A stretch of DNA of 61,740 nt, taken from IMG/VR virus record IMGVR_UViG_3300029258_001356, positions 1-61,740 of that record. The stretch is one strand, 5' to 3'. Under the pieces are notes generated by a model that saw only the letters and a list, made by a program, of their open reading frames with translations, had not been told where the DNA came from and did not search any database. The stretch's first letter is position 1, and each line of letters opens with the position of its first letter. Both the position numbers and the translations under genes were made by a program. Source of the DNA: a virus. Its lineage: Duplodnaviria; Caudoviricetes. Positions 46,479 through 55,859 of this stretch are shown piece by piece.

Positions 46479-47606
46479 TTAAATCTCCTCGTAATATCCT
46501 CCAACATTAACTATTGATATTCCAGTGTTAGCGGATTTATTTTGTACAGTTGCAATTAAAAAATTTCCTGCTGTCATTTTAATTGGCGAATCGAATGAAT
46601 ATGGTTGCGAACCTGTTGACGGCACGAATACTCCTAACCGTGCAACTACAGCATCATATACTATTTGTACTGTGTCTTCATTAGCTGGCTTACTCTGAGA
46701 TTTTATCCAACGTAATTGTGATTTAGCATCATCAGTCGGACAATCTTCTATAACATAATCCGTGCCTTCACTATAACTTCCACCGCCATTCACTGTAACT
46801 GTATGATAATCTGAGTTTGTTAAACATCCATAATCTAAAACATGTGTAAACAAAGTTCCGTCAGCTTCCCAACTTTCAGTTTTATCTCTTTGATATCCGT
46901 GCCATAAGCTCATCTCACTAGCTAAATCATTTGCCATCAGTGCAGAAGTAATATACCACACTCTGTTACTTTCAACAGTCTTATCTGCAAAAATTTGTTG
47001 TCCAGAAGTAGATAAACTTTTTCTTACTCTAAAATTAATAGGATTTTCAGCTTTTGTTCTACTACCAACTTCTCCAAATATACCTAACCTTATATGACGA
47101 GGATTTGTAGGGTCTGCTTCTCCAATTACTTTCTTGCTCCTTGTTAAAATTTTATCATAACCACTATCAACAGTAACTACTGTTGTTCCTGTTGTATCGA
47201 CGTCTAAATCATTATCATCTGGATATTCGCCTTTTTCAGCTTGGTCTAATGCACTTATAAATACAATGTTATACAAACTTTTAGCTATAAACTTAGCTGA
47301 AAAATCTTCGTCAGAATTTAAATCATTTTTAATAAGTGTAGCTAATGCTTCAATGTCACCCGCTTCTGTTGCTGTCAATGTAGAAGTTACATCAACAACT
47401 GTGCTATCTATTCTTACTCTTACTGTGTCATCAACTGCACCTGATGTAGATATTCTAAAAAATGAACTTGCAAAATCGTCGATTCCTAAAAGCTCTTCAA
47501 CTGTTACTGAAGTTTGTGCATCAGTTGGAAGTTTATTCTCTCCTCCTATTGTTACTATTGGGAGAGCGTTTCCATCTCTGTCTCTGATTATAAATTCATT
47601 TCCCAT
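46479..47606 (-). CDS. Putative virion protein (paralogue set)
   Basis: KTVESNRVWYITS...SPIKMTAG...VNVGGYYE. Confidence 0.55.
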   Translation of the reverse strand: MGNEFIIRDRDGNALPIVTIGGENKLPTDAQTSVTVEELLGIDDFASSFFRISTSGAVDDTVRVRIDSTVVDVTSTLTATEAGDIEALATLIKNDLNSDEDFSAKFIAKSLYNIVFISALDQAEKGEYPDDNDLDVDTTGTTVVTVDSGYDKILTRSKKVIGEADPTNPRHIRLGIFGEVGSRTKAENPINFRVRKSLSTSGQQIFADKTVESNRVWYITSALMANDLASEMSLWHGYQRDKTESWEADGTLFTHVLDYGCLTNSDYHTVTVNGGGSYSEGTDYVIEDCPTDDAKSQLRWIKSQSKPANEDTVQIVYDAVVARLGVFVPSTGSQPYSFDSPIKMTAGNFLIATVQNKSANTGISIVNVGGYYEEI

Positions 47607-48292
47607 TATTCATCTACCTCGTATCCAAAGATAGTTGCTTCCATAAAGTCTATTCCAGTTAAGTCATCTTGCACAACTATTTTGAAATTGTCGCTTGTTG
47701 AATTCTTTAATAGTAATGTTGTCCCCATCCCTCTGAAATCTAATGTAACTGAAAGCATGTCTGTTGTTGACGAATCTATCTTAACATCTGTTGCCACGTG
47801 CCTAAAAGTTCCGTTAGTTTTGATTGCGTGTTCATAAAAGTCTCTCTCCACTCCGCCTTCTGTAACCTTGAAAAGTATTCCATTCGTGAGTGCCGCAATC
47901 GATCCAAACTTCGTGTGATTGATACTTGAGCCTTCTATTGTTATTCTTACTTCAGCTATGAACCATTTCTTTCCACTTGGCGGTGTCCTGTAAAAGTTCT
48001 GAGGAGTAACACTTCCGTCCACATCCATACTCCCCTTAACAAATGTATATGGTTCTGACCCATCAAGAATCAAATGTCTAATTATTAGTGTTCCTCTGTA
48101 CTCTGATATCGATACTTCATCATCGAAGTCACCTTCTACTTTGAGTCTGTTATCTGATGTAACCCCAACTTCTGTTGACCCATCCCACAGTTTAGATTTA
48201 GTATGAAAGTCTCTATCAGAATCAACTTGAGCGTGATACCCACTATCGTCATCAAATATACTAACATCCGCTGTAGATAGATATTCTCCCAT
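47606..48292 (-). CDS. Putative virion protein (paralogue set)
   Basis: MDVDGSVTPQNF..TPPSGKKWFI...FGSIAALTNGI...VQDDLTG. Confidence 0.55.
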   Translation of the reverse strand: MGEYLSTADVSIFDDDSGYHAQVDSDRDFHTKSKLWDGSTEVGVTSDNRLKVEGDFDDEVSISEYRGTLIIRHLILDGSEPYTFVKGSMDVDGSVTPQNFYRTPPSGKKWFIAEVRITIEGSSINHTKFGSIAALTNGILFKVTEGGVERDFYEHAIKTNGTFRHVATDVKIDSSTTDMLSVTLDFRGMGTTLLLKNSTSDNFKIVVQDDLTGIDFMEATIFGYEVDE

Positions 48293-48320
48293 CTTAAAAA
48301 AAAAAGTAAAAAAGTTAGGC

Positions 48321-49067
48321 TTACTTCTCTAGCCCAACTATTACAGTGTCTACGTCCTGTGACCCTTTGTCAATGTTGTGTTTAATCAACTTGACATTGT
48401 TTGTAGCTGCTACCACCAGCGGAACTGGTAAGTCCCAATATCTTGTATCAAATGGTGGTGGACATCTTAGAACAAACTTCGTCACTTCTGACCCAGATGG
48501 TCCTACCTGAATCTCAACTTTAACCTTTCCAGATCCAGATGCTCCTATCTGTCTCAGATATAGTGTCTTTCCTGCAGTAACTGTATAGATGTGATTTGCA
48601 CTACTAGATGCACCTATAGTGTCGCTCTGATAGTCGTGTATCTCATCTCCAGACCCTGATTCATTTATGTGTACTTCATAAACATCTCCGGCTTCCTGCT
48701 TTGCCATAACGCTGTCTTGTGAAGAATCTAAATCTCTTATATCAAAGTCTGTCGCTACAACTGTTGCGTTTAAATTTGCTGCAGTAGCTTGTCTAACCTC
48801 AACACTGTCTGATGAGTAGTCCAAATCTCTTATATCGAAATCTGTGGCTACTACGGTAGCATTAAGGTTTGCGGCTGTTGACTGGAGCACTTCTATACTA
48901 TCAGATGCACTTGTCAAATCTCTTATATCGAGATCTGTTGCTCTAATTAGACCTGCTCCCGCTGAATCGATGTCCCAAAAATAAGTGTTGGTCTCATCGA
49001 TCATTCTCATGACGACATCGCCATGATTCTCTGTTCGGACTGGAACCGAACTTGCGTAATCTCCCAT
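48321..49067 (-). CDS. Putative virion protein with 31-aa ATDxDIRDL repeats (paralogue set)
   Basis: Three ATD(L/F)DIRDL units; YTVTAGKTLYL. Confidence 0.6.
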   Translation of the reverse strand: MGDYASSVPVRTENHGDVVMRMIDETNTYFWDIDSAGAGLIRATDLDIRDLTSASDSIEVLQSTAANLNATVVATDFDIRDLDYSSDSVEVRQATAANLNATVVATDFDIRDLDSSQDSVMAKQEAGDVYEVHINESGSGDEIHDYQSDTIGASSSANHIYTVTAGKTLYLRQIGASGSGKVKVEIQVGPSGSEVTKFVLRCPPPFDTRYWDLPVPLVVAATNNVKLIKHNIDKGSQDVDTVIVGLEK

Positions 49068-49319
49068 TTAGTGTACCTCCTCTTTTTCTATTTTGTCGGT
49101 TGGCTTGATTCCTTTGAGTTCTTCGAGCTCCGCCTCCTTTTTAAGTATGTCTTTCTCGCATTGTTTTATATTCATTTGAGAATCTTCAAGTTGAAACTCT
49201 ATATCTAATACCTTACCTTTGAGTTCTCTTATCTGAAGTTTGAGTCTATCTATCTCAGTCTCTTTCTTGTAGACTAAAGAAGCTTTCTTCTTCTCTGTTA
49301 TTTCTCCGATGTCTGGCAT
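49068..49319 (-). CDS. Small coiled-coil protein
   Basis: GAGGTGA RBS; heptads. Confidence 0.6.
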   Translation of the reverse strand: MPDIGEITEKKKASLVYKKETEIDRLKLQIRELKGKVLDIEFQLEDSQMNIKQCEKDILKKEAELEELKGIKPTDKIEKEEVH

Positions 49320-49328
49320 CTAATCACC

Positions 49329-49883
49329 TCATGTATTTTTTGTGTATCCAAGAAGCGTTCCTTCGAATGCCCTTGTAGCACCATGCTCATTGTAACACAA
49401 TATCTCAACTACTTGACTCTCTGCTGCGTTACTCTCGCTCCTCTCTGGGAAAGATATATCCATTGTCTTCTTGGTTGCAGAGTTCCTTGCTATACAGAGT
49501 TTCGATCCTGCAGCTTTAAGTGTGAACTTACCGTCTGCGTTTCCCCCAACTATTATTCCTGTGACAAAAAACTTCTTCCCTGCTGGAACTGTGAATGTGA
49601 CTAAGGTATCTTCTGTGAATCCATTTATACTCTTCTCTGTGAATAGATTGATGCTTGTTGCTCCAGTCTCTGCGTGATCAATTGTTACAATAGCGTTGTA
49701 TGTCGCCCCCGCAACAACAGAAGCACGAACGTCTGAATCATGATTTTTAATCTCAACTGCACCTATCTCTATATCTCCGACAGTTAATTGAGCGTCGACG
49801 GGGAGCCTATTAGATTCGGAGACCGGACTTCCTCCATAGTATAGTATAGCTGCTCTATACTTTGACTCCATATTTACTGGCAT
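49329..49883 (-). CDS. Putative virion protein (paralogue set)
   Basis: GDIEIGAVEIK; FTVPAGKKFFVTG. Confidence 0.6.
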   Translation of the reverse strand: MPVNMESKYRAAILYYGGSPVSESNRLPVDAQLTVGDIEIGAVEIKNHDSDVRASVVAGATYNAIVTIDHAETGATSINLFTEKSINGFTEDTLVTFTVPAGKKFFVTGIIVGGNADGKFTLKAAGSKLCIARNSATKKTMDISFPERSESNAAESQVVEILCYNEHGATRAFEGTLLGYTKNT

Positions 49884-49887
49884 CTTC

Positions 49888-51864
49888 TTAGTCCTCCTTT
49901 ATGACTATTGTGGTGTCACCGTCCTTTAAAATAAGAGGTCCATTGTCCGCGAATGCGGGAGCCTTAGGAGCCTTGGGCATTCCTGATGGACCAGTTGACT
50001 TGGACAATGCCTGTCCCTTAGCCATTGATTCTGCTCCTGTGTTTCCTCTGAAGTTTTTGTTGACATCTAGTCCTCCTTTCATTAAGCTGAATATATCTTC
50101 TTCACCTTCTCCCATTGCTTCGTTGGATTCCTGGACTTGTTCTTCAGACTCTTTCTTTTCGTCCTCGTCTTCTTCTTGTGGCTTTTCGTTTACTCTCTTT
50201 GCTGCTCTATCTTCGTTGATGATACCGGCTTGCAGAAGTGATATTGTATTAGCAATAGTTTGTGTCTCATCTTGTTTGAATGCTTCTTTCCATTCTACCT
50301 TTGGATACCTGAGTTCCTCAACCATGTGTGAACCCTTTTCCTTCAAGAAGTCATTAATCGTTTCATCTGGTGTTGGCTCTGTGTTAAGAATACCATCTAC
50401 CTCTTTCTTCTTCTTATCAAACTCAATGTCAATTGCAGGATTGATTATCCTATCTTCAATCATACCGCCTACATACTCTTGCCTGTCTTTAAGTCTACCC
50501 AAGAATGTCTTGTCTTGTTCTGATATCATTCTATCGGTAGAACCCTTTGGCTTGAAGTATGTCTCTGGTACTGCAGTGACTGCGAATATCTGTGTGTCAA
50601 GGTCTATGGTTAAGTTAAGTAGGTCATTCTTACCCTGTGGTGCGTTAAGTGGATTCGCTGTCCAGATGTCTGTTGTTATTGGGTCTGACCCTGGCTCCAT
50701 GTCTTCCAACATATTCATATGCTCGTTGAGTTTATCCTCAATTGCCTTACCTGACAATCCTTCTTTCTTCATCTGCCAGTGTATCATTGGCTTGGCATAC
50801 TTCTTGAATATGATTGGTGCCAGAAGGTTTATATCGAATCTTGCCTGTGCTGGATCTATGCATGATTTGATGTCTGAGAACCCGAAAGGATATTCCGTAT
50901 AGTCATTCTGTTTAAAGTGAATGATATCTTTTGGTGCTATTACTATCGGTAATGGGTAGGTTAACGCCATGTTATGTACTAGGTTAGGATTCTCTCTTGT
51001 CTCAGGATAAGGAGTCAATACCGTTCCACCTATGATTGGTGGCAAGTATATATAGAAGAGAATCTTAGTAGTCATTGGGTCTAAGAATATCTTCATCCTC
51101 TCTGGCTGTAAGATTGTTATCTTGTCGGTGATACCATCCTCTCCTCTTCGTAGGTGCCAATAGCAATTCCCATAAAGAGATAAGTGGAAGTCTGTCTTCT
51201 TAAGAACCCTTCCATCTATTTTGAGCTTATCAAATAATAGCTTCTCTATAAACTTCTCTTCCGGTATCTCTTGTTCTTCATCCGGATAGTTTACATCGAA
51301 TCTAGCACCAAGCCCTAGCTGTGCTTTAAGATTCAAAGAAGCGTACAAGTAAGGAACATTATAAACAAGGTCTACATTCTTTGAATAATCTTCTGGGCTA
51401 CGTATAGCTGTGAGAGAGAAGTACATACTCCACCCAGTCATTACTCTACCATTGATTATGTATACCTTATCGCCCGCGTGCGTCATCACGTGTGGGACAC
51501 CTATTACTCTATCGTCTTCTGCTGTCTCTAATTGTATCTCTGGAGACACCATTGAAGAATCAGACCGCTTATAGAAGTTAGGACCATTATCAGAAACTTC
51601 AACTATCAAGTCAGGAGAAACCTTCTTTGCCATGTTTGTGAACTTATTATCCACAGAAGCAAGAATCTCCCCGCTCTTTTCAACAAGCTTCTTACCCTTG
51701 ATTAGTCCTTCTTTTGCAGCCTTATCAAATGCAACAAGATCGACACCAAACTTAGGTATGCTTTTCTTAGCATTTTCTAAGTGCCTGTCAATGAACCCAC
51801 GGGCTTGTTCGACTTTATAATCTTCGCCGTTTATTTTTAAATTTGATTTTTTCTTCTTTGCCAT
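49888..51864 (-). CDS. Portal protein with N- and C-terminal extensions
   Basis: LYGNCYW, LQPERM, DIIHFK...PFGFS.I, AVPETY; position in packaging module. Confidence 0.85.
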   Translation of the reverse strand: MAKKKKSNLKINGEDYKVEQARGFIDRHLENAKKSIPKFGVDLVAFDKAAKEGLIKGKKLVEKSGEILASVDNKFTNMAKKVSPDLIVEVSDNGPNFYKRSDSSMVSPEIQLETAEDDRVIGVPHVMTHAGDKVYIINGRVMTGWSMYFSLTAIRSPEDYSKNVDLVYNVPYLYASLNLKAQLGLGARFDVNYPDEEQEIPEEKFIEKLLFDKLKIDGRVLKKTDFHLSLYGNCYWHLRRGEDGITDKITILQPERMKIFLDPMTTKILFYIYLPPIIGGTVLTPYPETRENPNLVHNMALTYPLPIVIAPKDIIHFKQNDYTEYPFGFSDIKSCIDPAQARFDINLLAPIIFKKYAKPMIHWQMKKEGLSGKAIEDKLNEHMNMLEDMEPGSDPITTDIWTANPLNAPQGKNDLLNLTIDLDTQIFAVTAVPETYFKPKGSTDRMISEQDKTFLGRLKDRQEYVGGMIEDRIINPAIDIEFDKKKKEVDGILNTEPTPDETINDFLKEKGSHMVEELRYPKVEWKEAFKQDETQTIANTISLLQAGIINEDRAAKRVNEKPQEEDEDEKKESEEQVQESNEAMGEGEEDIFSLMKGGLDVNKNFRGNTGAESMAKGQALSKSTGPSGMPKAPKAPAFADNGPLILKDGDTTIVIKED

Positions 51865-51872
51865 TCTCTCAC

Positions 51873-53204
51873 CTAATGATTTGTCGTATTCGTTCCTATG
51901 GAATCACCAGAACCTAGTGGAAGGATTGCGTCTACATATACGTCACCTTCTTCATCCGGATCTCCTATTCTCATCTTTCTTATCGGTAGAGGGTCTGCGT
52001 CTACATGCGGAGCTAACCTGTTATCATTCTCTACGCCTTCATCTACCTTCTCTCCTTGACTTACCATTTCGTTGTATGCTCCCAACGGATCTGGCATCTT
52101 CAAAGGAGCAGGCGCCATCTCACCTATATCATCTCTTCCTATTCTTAGTTTCCTAGGCATTTCTTCGCCTGGGATATGATGTCTATGCTTATATGCTATC
52201 TCATTGTAATTGGGAGATGTAACCCTATGCACTTCTCTTCCATCTTCCTTCCATTGCTCCCTCTTAACTCCATTGTCTACCTCTGATGAATAATCTTGCA
52301 TGTCTGCAACCTCCATTGCGTTTTTGAATCGTGCTAAAGGACCTAAGCCATAATGATCAAGAAGCGGTGTCCCTCCGAAGTCATTGAGTCTCTTGACCAG
52401 CTTCACCATCTTCTTGTAGTTGTCTCCAATTTGGGCGTATTGCAAAAGGTTTTCTCTGTGTGTTAAGATAGCCCTTTGCAACATAGGGTGTATGTCCGCC
52501 TTCATCTGTGCCTTGAATCTTAAGGCTCTTAAGATGATAGATGGATCACGGGCTAAAACCACTTCTGGGTCTAGCGGAGTTCTAATTACGTTTTCTCGTG
52601 CATCCTTGATACCTAATCCCGTAGGATCGTAATACTTCCCTGATAGAGGTTCTTTGAATACTGCATTGAATGTAAAATCCCTAGAATAAGCGTCTTCATT
52701 GATTGGTGTTATGGGTATCTCTTGTCTATCCATCTCTTCATGTACCCAATGAAGAATTTGCTTCAGACCTCTGAACTCTACATTGATGTCATCTATAACT
52801 AGGTGTGCTACACCACTCTTAGAACCATGGTCTGGATTAGGAAGATTCTCGTCTCTGGCTACCAGATACGCTAAGGCAATCGAGTTACCTCTTTCCAGCG
52901 TAGTAAGGTCAGCATCAGAAGACTCGTCGAATGGGATATTGGCAAGTTCATTCCTGACAATACCACCAGAGACGAGAAGCGTCATATCATTCTTTTGTGC
53001 TAGGATACCTATCTCCCTCAGAAGATTATCCATTTCCGCTTTTGTTGAACCTGTTTCAATCATTTTCAATTTTCTTAACATCTTGAAGGTCTTTGTCGAA
53101 GGATGAAATAATCTCCACCTTATCTCCTTCCTTAACTTCCCAGTATCCTCGATCGACATTATACTGTGCCTTCTTCCATTGGCCTTTGTGTAGAATGTTA
53201 GCAT
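51873..53204 (-). CDS. Class II tRNA nucleotidyltransferase / poly(A) polymerase family protein with altered template motif
   Basis: SGGIVRN...DADLT (motif A), EDAYSRDFTFNA (B), YYDPTG.G..D (C), RDPSIILRALRF (D/E; canonical EDxxRxxRxxRF). Confidence 0.85.
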   Translation of the reverse strand: MLTFYTKANGRRHSIMSIEDTGKLRKEIRWRLFHPSTKTFKMLRKLKMIETGSTKAEMDNLLREIGILAQKNDMTLLVSGGIVRNELANIPFDESSDADLTTLERGNSIALAYLVARDENLPNPDHGSKSGVAHLVIDDINVEFRGLKQILHWVHEEMDRQEIPITPINEDAYSRDFTFNAVFKEPLSGKYYDPTGLGIKDARENVIRTPLDPEVVLARDPSIILRALRFKAQMKADIHPMLQRAILTHRENLLQYAQIGDNYKKMVKLVKRLNDFGGTPLLDHYGLGPLARFKNAMEVADMQDYSSEVDNGVKREQWKEDGREVHRVTSPNYNEIAYKHRHHIPGEEMPRKLRIGRDDIGEMAPAPLKMPDPLGAYNEMVSQGEKVDEGVENDNRLAPHVDADPLPIRKMRIGDPDEEGDVYVDAILPLGSGDSIGTNTTNH

Positions 53205-53352
53205 TAAGTCCTGGCTTGACTGTCTTGTGCCCTACTATACCGCTCCCTGGTCCTCCGGCTGTTTGACATTCTCCCTCCATTCTCATCTTCTGAGGCATAG
53301 CCTCATCAACAGGCGGTAGAACGTATTCAGAATTATCTACTTTTTTTGGCAT
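53056..53352 (-). CDS. Hypothetical protein overlapping the nucleotidyltransferase start
   Basis: GAGGAGG RBS; shares MPxKMR motif with the nucleotidyltransferase tail. Confidence 0.5.
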   Translation of the reverse strand: MPKKVDNSEYVLPPVDEAMPQKMRMEGECQTAGGPGSGIVGHKTVKPGLNANILHKGQWKKAQYNVDRGYWEVKEGDKVEIISSFDKDLQDVKKIEND

Positions 53353-53520
53353 GTTTTTGTATCCTCCTCTTTCTGAGCAGCTCTCCTATTCTCATCCCTG
53401 CATAGATTCCAGCCATGAAACCAACACCGGTGTAAATCCATACCCATGCTGAATGAGGGCAAGTTGCCATATATCCCAATTATTATGAACCTCTTCTAGT
53501 TTATAAATTTATCTCGAGCT

Positions 53521-53658
53521 CTATATCCAGTCGATGCATACCTCATGCGCGTTGACAAGCTCGCCTTTCAGCTTGCACGCTCCGTGATTCGGGCTTTTCG
53601 GACAATAGTGCTTGCATGTGTAACACATTCTTCTACGACCGAATGGAGATGGAGTCAT
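53521..53658 (-). CDS. Small Cys-rich protein (not in ORF track)
   Basis: MTPSPFGRRRMCYTCKHYC...C...C..W, starting 1 nt after the terminase stop. Confidence 0.5.
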   Translation of the reverse strand: MTPSPFGRRRMCYTCKHYCPKSPNHGACKLKGELVNAHEVCIDWI

Positions 53659-53659
53659 T

Positions 53660-55291
53660 TTATATCAATAGACTCTTTGTCCTTTTCTTCGGAGACCTAC
53701 TCTTTAGTCTATTTCCTACCGATTCTTTGGTCTCCTCTTTCGACTGAGCCTGTCTCCTTTGCTGTGGCTTATCCTTTGATGTCCAAACATTAGCACCGGC
53801 GGATTCAGTATGACCCCGCTGGGTCTCTGACCCCTCGATGTCTACATTCATAAAACATAATAACGTTGACCAGAGATAGTCATCGTGTGAATTCTCTGGA
53901 TGGAAGAATTTGTACTTGTTATTCGATGTCATCTCATACTGCTGCTGTGTCATCTGATAGAATAGAACCTCTGCGTTCATTGGGAACCTTATCTTCTTCT
54001 GCTGTATGAGAACTTGCATGGTAGTAACCATTCTAGTCTTGGATTCAACATTGAAAACTATAGCACCTCTCTTGTTCTCCTTATCAAAGTATACAGGCAC
54101 ACCTTCCTGAACCAACAGATCGGTTACACCCTTCTCTCCTGTATAGTCTATGTTGAATTCAGCAGGCTCAAAGTATTGATAGAGAGCCTTAATCCTTCCG
54201 GCAGTATGTGTGTAAGGCATACCTAGGGGAATCTCTTCTTGATGTACAATACTATATGGCAACTTGTCTACTCTACCAACTGTTATGACTGTTGAATCCT
54301 TTTGCTTTCCTAGGTCAACACCCATAACAAAGATTGCCTTCTCTTCAAACATCTTGGCTATCTCTTCCTTCCTAGACATTAGACCAGCGTGATTCTTTGA
54401 CCATCTGTATTTCTTTAAGACAGACTCTACTTGGTCACTTGGGAATGGAGTACTAGAGGACTCAGAGAATATACACATGTACTCCTGATCAAACAGAGAC
54501 TCTGGTATCTGTCGCTTCCTCTTCATGATATACTCTTTGTTAAGGAAAGGACATTCATGCCACACTTGCTTGATAACTGTTACATCTGGATTGGCTACTG
54601 TCTCATGGAAATGATTCTTGGTCATCGGTGTTCCTGACTCCACTATGTTCGGGTTAGTAGTACTTCCCATAGGTAGTATGTCCGCGTAGTACTTAGAATC
54701 AATAACATCTTGTGACTCATCAATGACTATTCTTGTCGCTGTTGGAGACCTTATGTGTGAACCAGGGCTTGCTGATAAGAACTCTACGGTGTTACCATCT
54801 GTAGTTGTTATAATCTCGCTGTTGCACTTCTCTATCATAGCCCAGATGATTGGGTCTTTCTTCAAGAGAGCCTCGACTTTATAGAATAGGTTCTGTGTCT
54901 GCTTTTGGATAGGTGCGAAGACTAATATGTTCTCCTTCATCCATACTCCACCCTGATTAAATAGCCCTCCAGAGAATATTAGCCAGTAGAAGATTATCTT
55001 GGCTACGGTAGTAGACTTGCCTGTCTGCCTTGCCCAGATTGCTACAGTATGCTTGGTTGTTACCGCAGCTTTAAAGAAATCTATCTGCTTCGGAGACATG
55101 GGCTCGTCCATGTACTCGGTGAAGAATCTAATTGGATTCCTCTTATAGAACAAGAATAGTTTCTCAGCAGCTTCGTATAGCGGGTCAGTCTTGATCGTCA
55201 CCGCTGCCATGTACTTCTGTATCTTCTTCTTGTTCCCCTTCCTGAGGTTCTCCGCCCTCAGGTTCGCCATATTCTCTATTGCTTCCATCAT
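53660..55291 (-). CDS. terL: Terminase large subunit
   Basis: WARQTGKST Walker A, IVIDESQ Walker B, SGTP, FDQEY.C.F, GVDLGK..DST, HDD nuclease motifs. Confidence 0.93.
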   Translation of the reverse strand: MMEAIENMANLRAENLRKGNKKKIQKYMAAVTIKTDPLYEAAEKLFLFYKRNPIRFFTEYMDEPMSPKQIDFFKAAVTTKHTVAIWARQTGKSTTVAKIIFYWLIFSGGLFNQGGVWMKENILVFAPIQKQTQNLFYKVEALLKKDPIIWAMIEKCNSEIITTTDGNTVEFLSASPGSHIRSPTATRIVIDESQDVIDSKYYADILPMGSTTNPNIVESGTPMTKNHFHETVANPDVTVIKQVWHECPFLNKEYIMKRKRQIPESLFDQEYMCIFSESSSTPFPSDQVESVLKKYRWSKNHAGLMSRKEEIAKMFEEKAIFVMGVDLGKQKDSTVITVGRVDKLPYSIVHQEEIPLGMPYTHTAGRIKALYQYFEPAEFNIDYTGEKGVTDLLVQEGVPVYFDKENKRGAIVFNVESKTRMVTTMQVLIQQKKIRFPMNAEVLFYQMTQQQYEMTSNNKYKFFHPENSHDDYLWSTLLCFMNVDIEGSETQRGHTESAGANVWTSKDKPQQRRQAQSKEETKESVGNRLKSRSPKKRTKSLLI

Positions 55292-55859
55292 CCTCTTTTA
55301 GTTCACTCTCGTGTATCTCTTCGAATTCAGCGTCTTTGATTTTAGACATCACCGTCATAATCCTTGAGGCAAAGATTTCTTTCCTACCTCTCAAGTTAAC
55401 GTCTATCTCTTTCCTCTCAGGATAGAATGCGTTCTTGATATCTATGACGCTCTTGAACATCTCTCTTACTTCCTTGATCTCAGGAACCTTACCATTAGCC
55501 ATCTTACCTGACATCAGGACATCCATCAATGACACCATCTTGACCGCTTCTCTTCTCAATTGGTCTGGGTCATTTAGAATCTTCAGCATACCTTCTCTCT
55601 CCTTGATAGCCCTACACTTCCTCTTAGGATTCCTTGGGTCATATAGCGGACACGCGTACTTGTAGTGACATGTGCCACACCTAGTGTTCTTCGGATTAGG
55701 TATCCTTGGTTTTATGTGTGAGTTATGGGGAATGAGGTCTTGGTCTAATAGCCTCATGTCCCTTGTTGATTTGATTATCTCGATCGATTGACTACCGGTA
55801 CTCTTACTAAGTCTCCTTTCAGAAACTCTGCCTTTCTTCCGTCCTCTTTTTCTTGACAT
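55185..55859 (-). CDS. Putative terminase small subunit with Cys cluster
   Basis: Immediately upstream of terL; CGTC....CP...C plus helical region. Confidence 0.45.
   Translation of the reverse strand: MSRKRGRKKGRVSERRLSKSTGSQSIEIIKSTRDMRLLDQDLIPHNSHIKPRIPNPKNTRCGTCHYKYACPLYDPRNPKRKCRAIKEREGMLKILNDPDQLRREAVKMVSLMDVLMSGKMANGKVPEIKEVREMFKSVIDIKNAFYPERKEIDVNLRGRKEIFASRIMTVMSKIKDAEFEEIHESELKEDDGSNREYGEPEGGEPQEGEQEEDTEVHGSGDDQD

Noticed and set aside
49901-50902. 333-aa + strand ORF and similar antisense ORFs (e.g. 15948-16601, 3884-4387, 38569-39066)
   Set aside because: These are shadows of well-supported opposite-strand genes, with Ser/Phe/Leu-rich composition and no motifs
51873-53204. Plain cca or pcnB assignment
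   Set aside because: The EDxxR template is altered and no tRNA-binding tail or HD domain is evident
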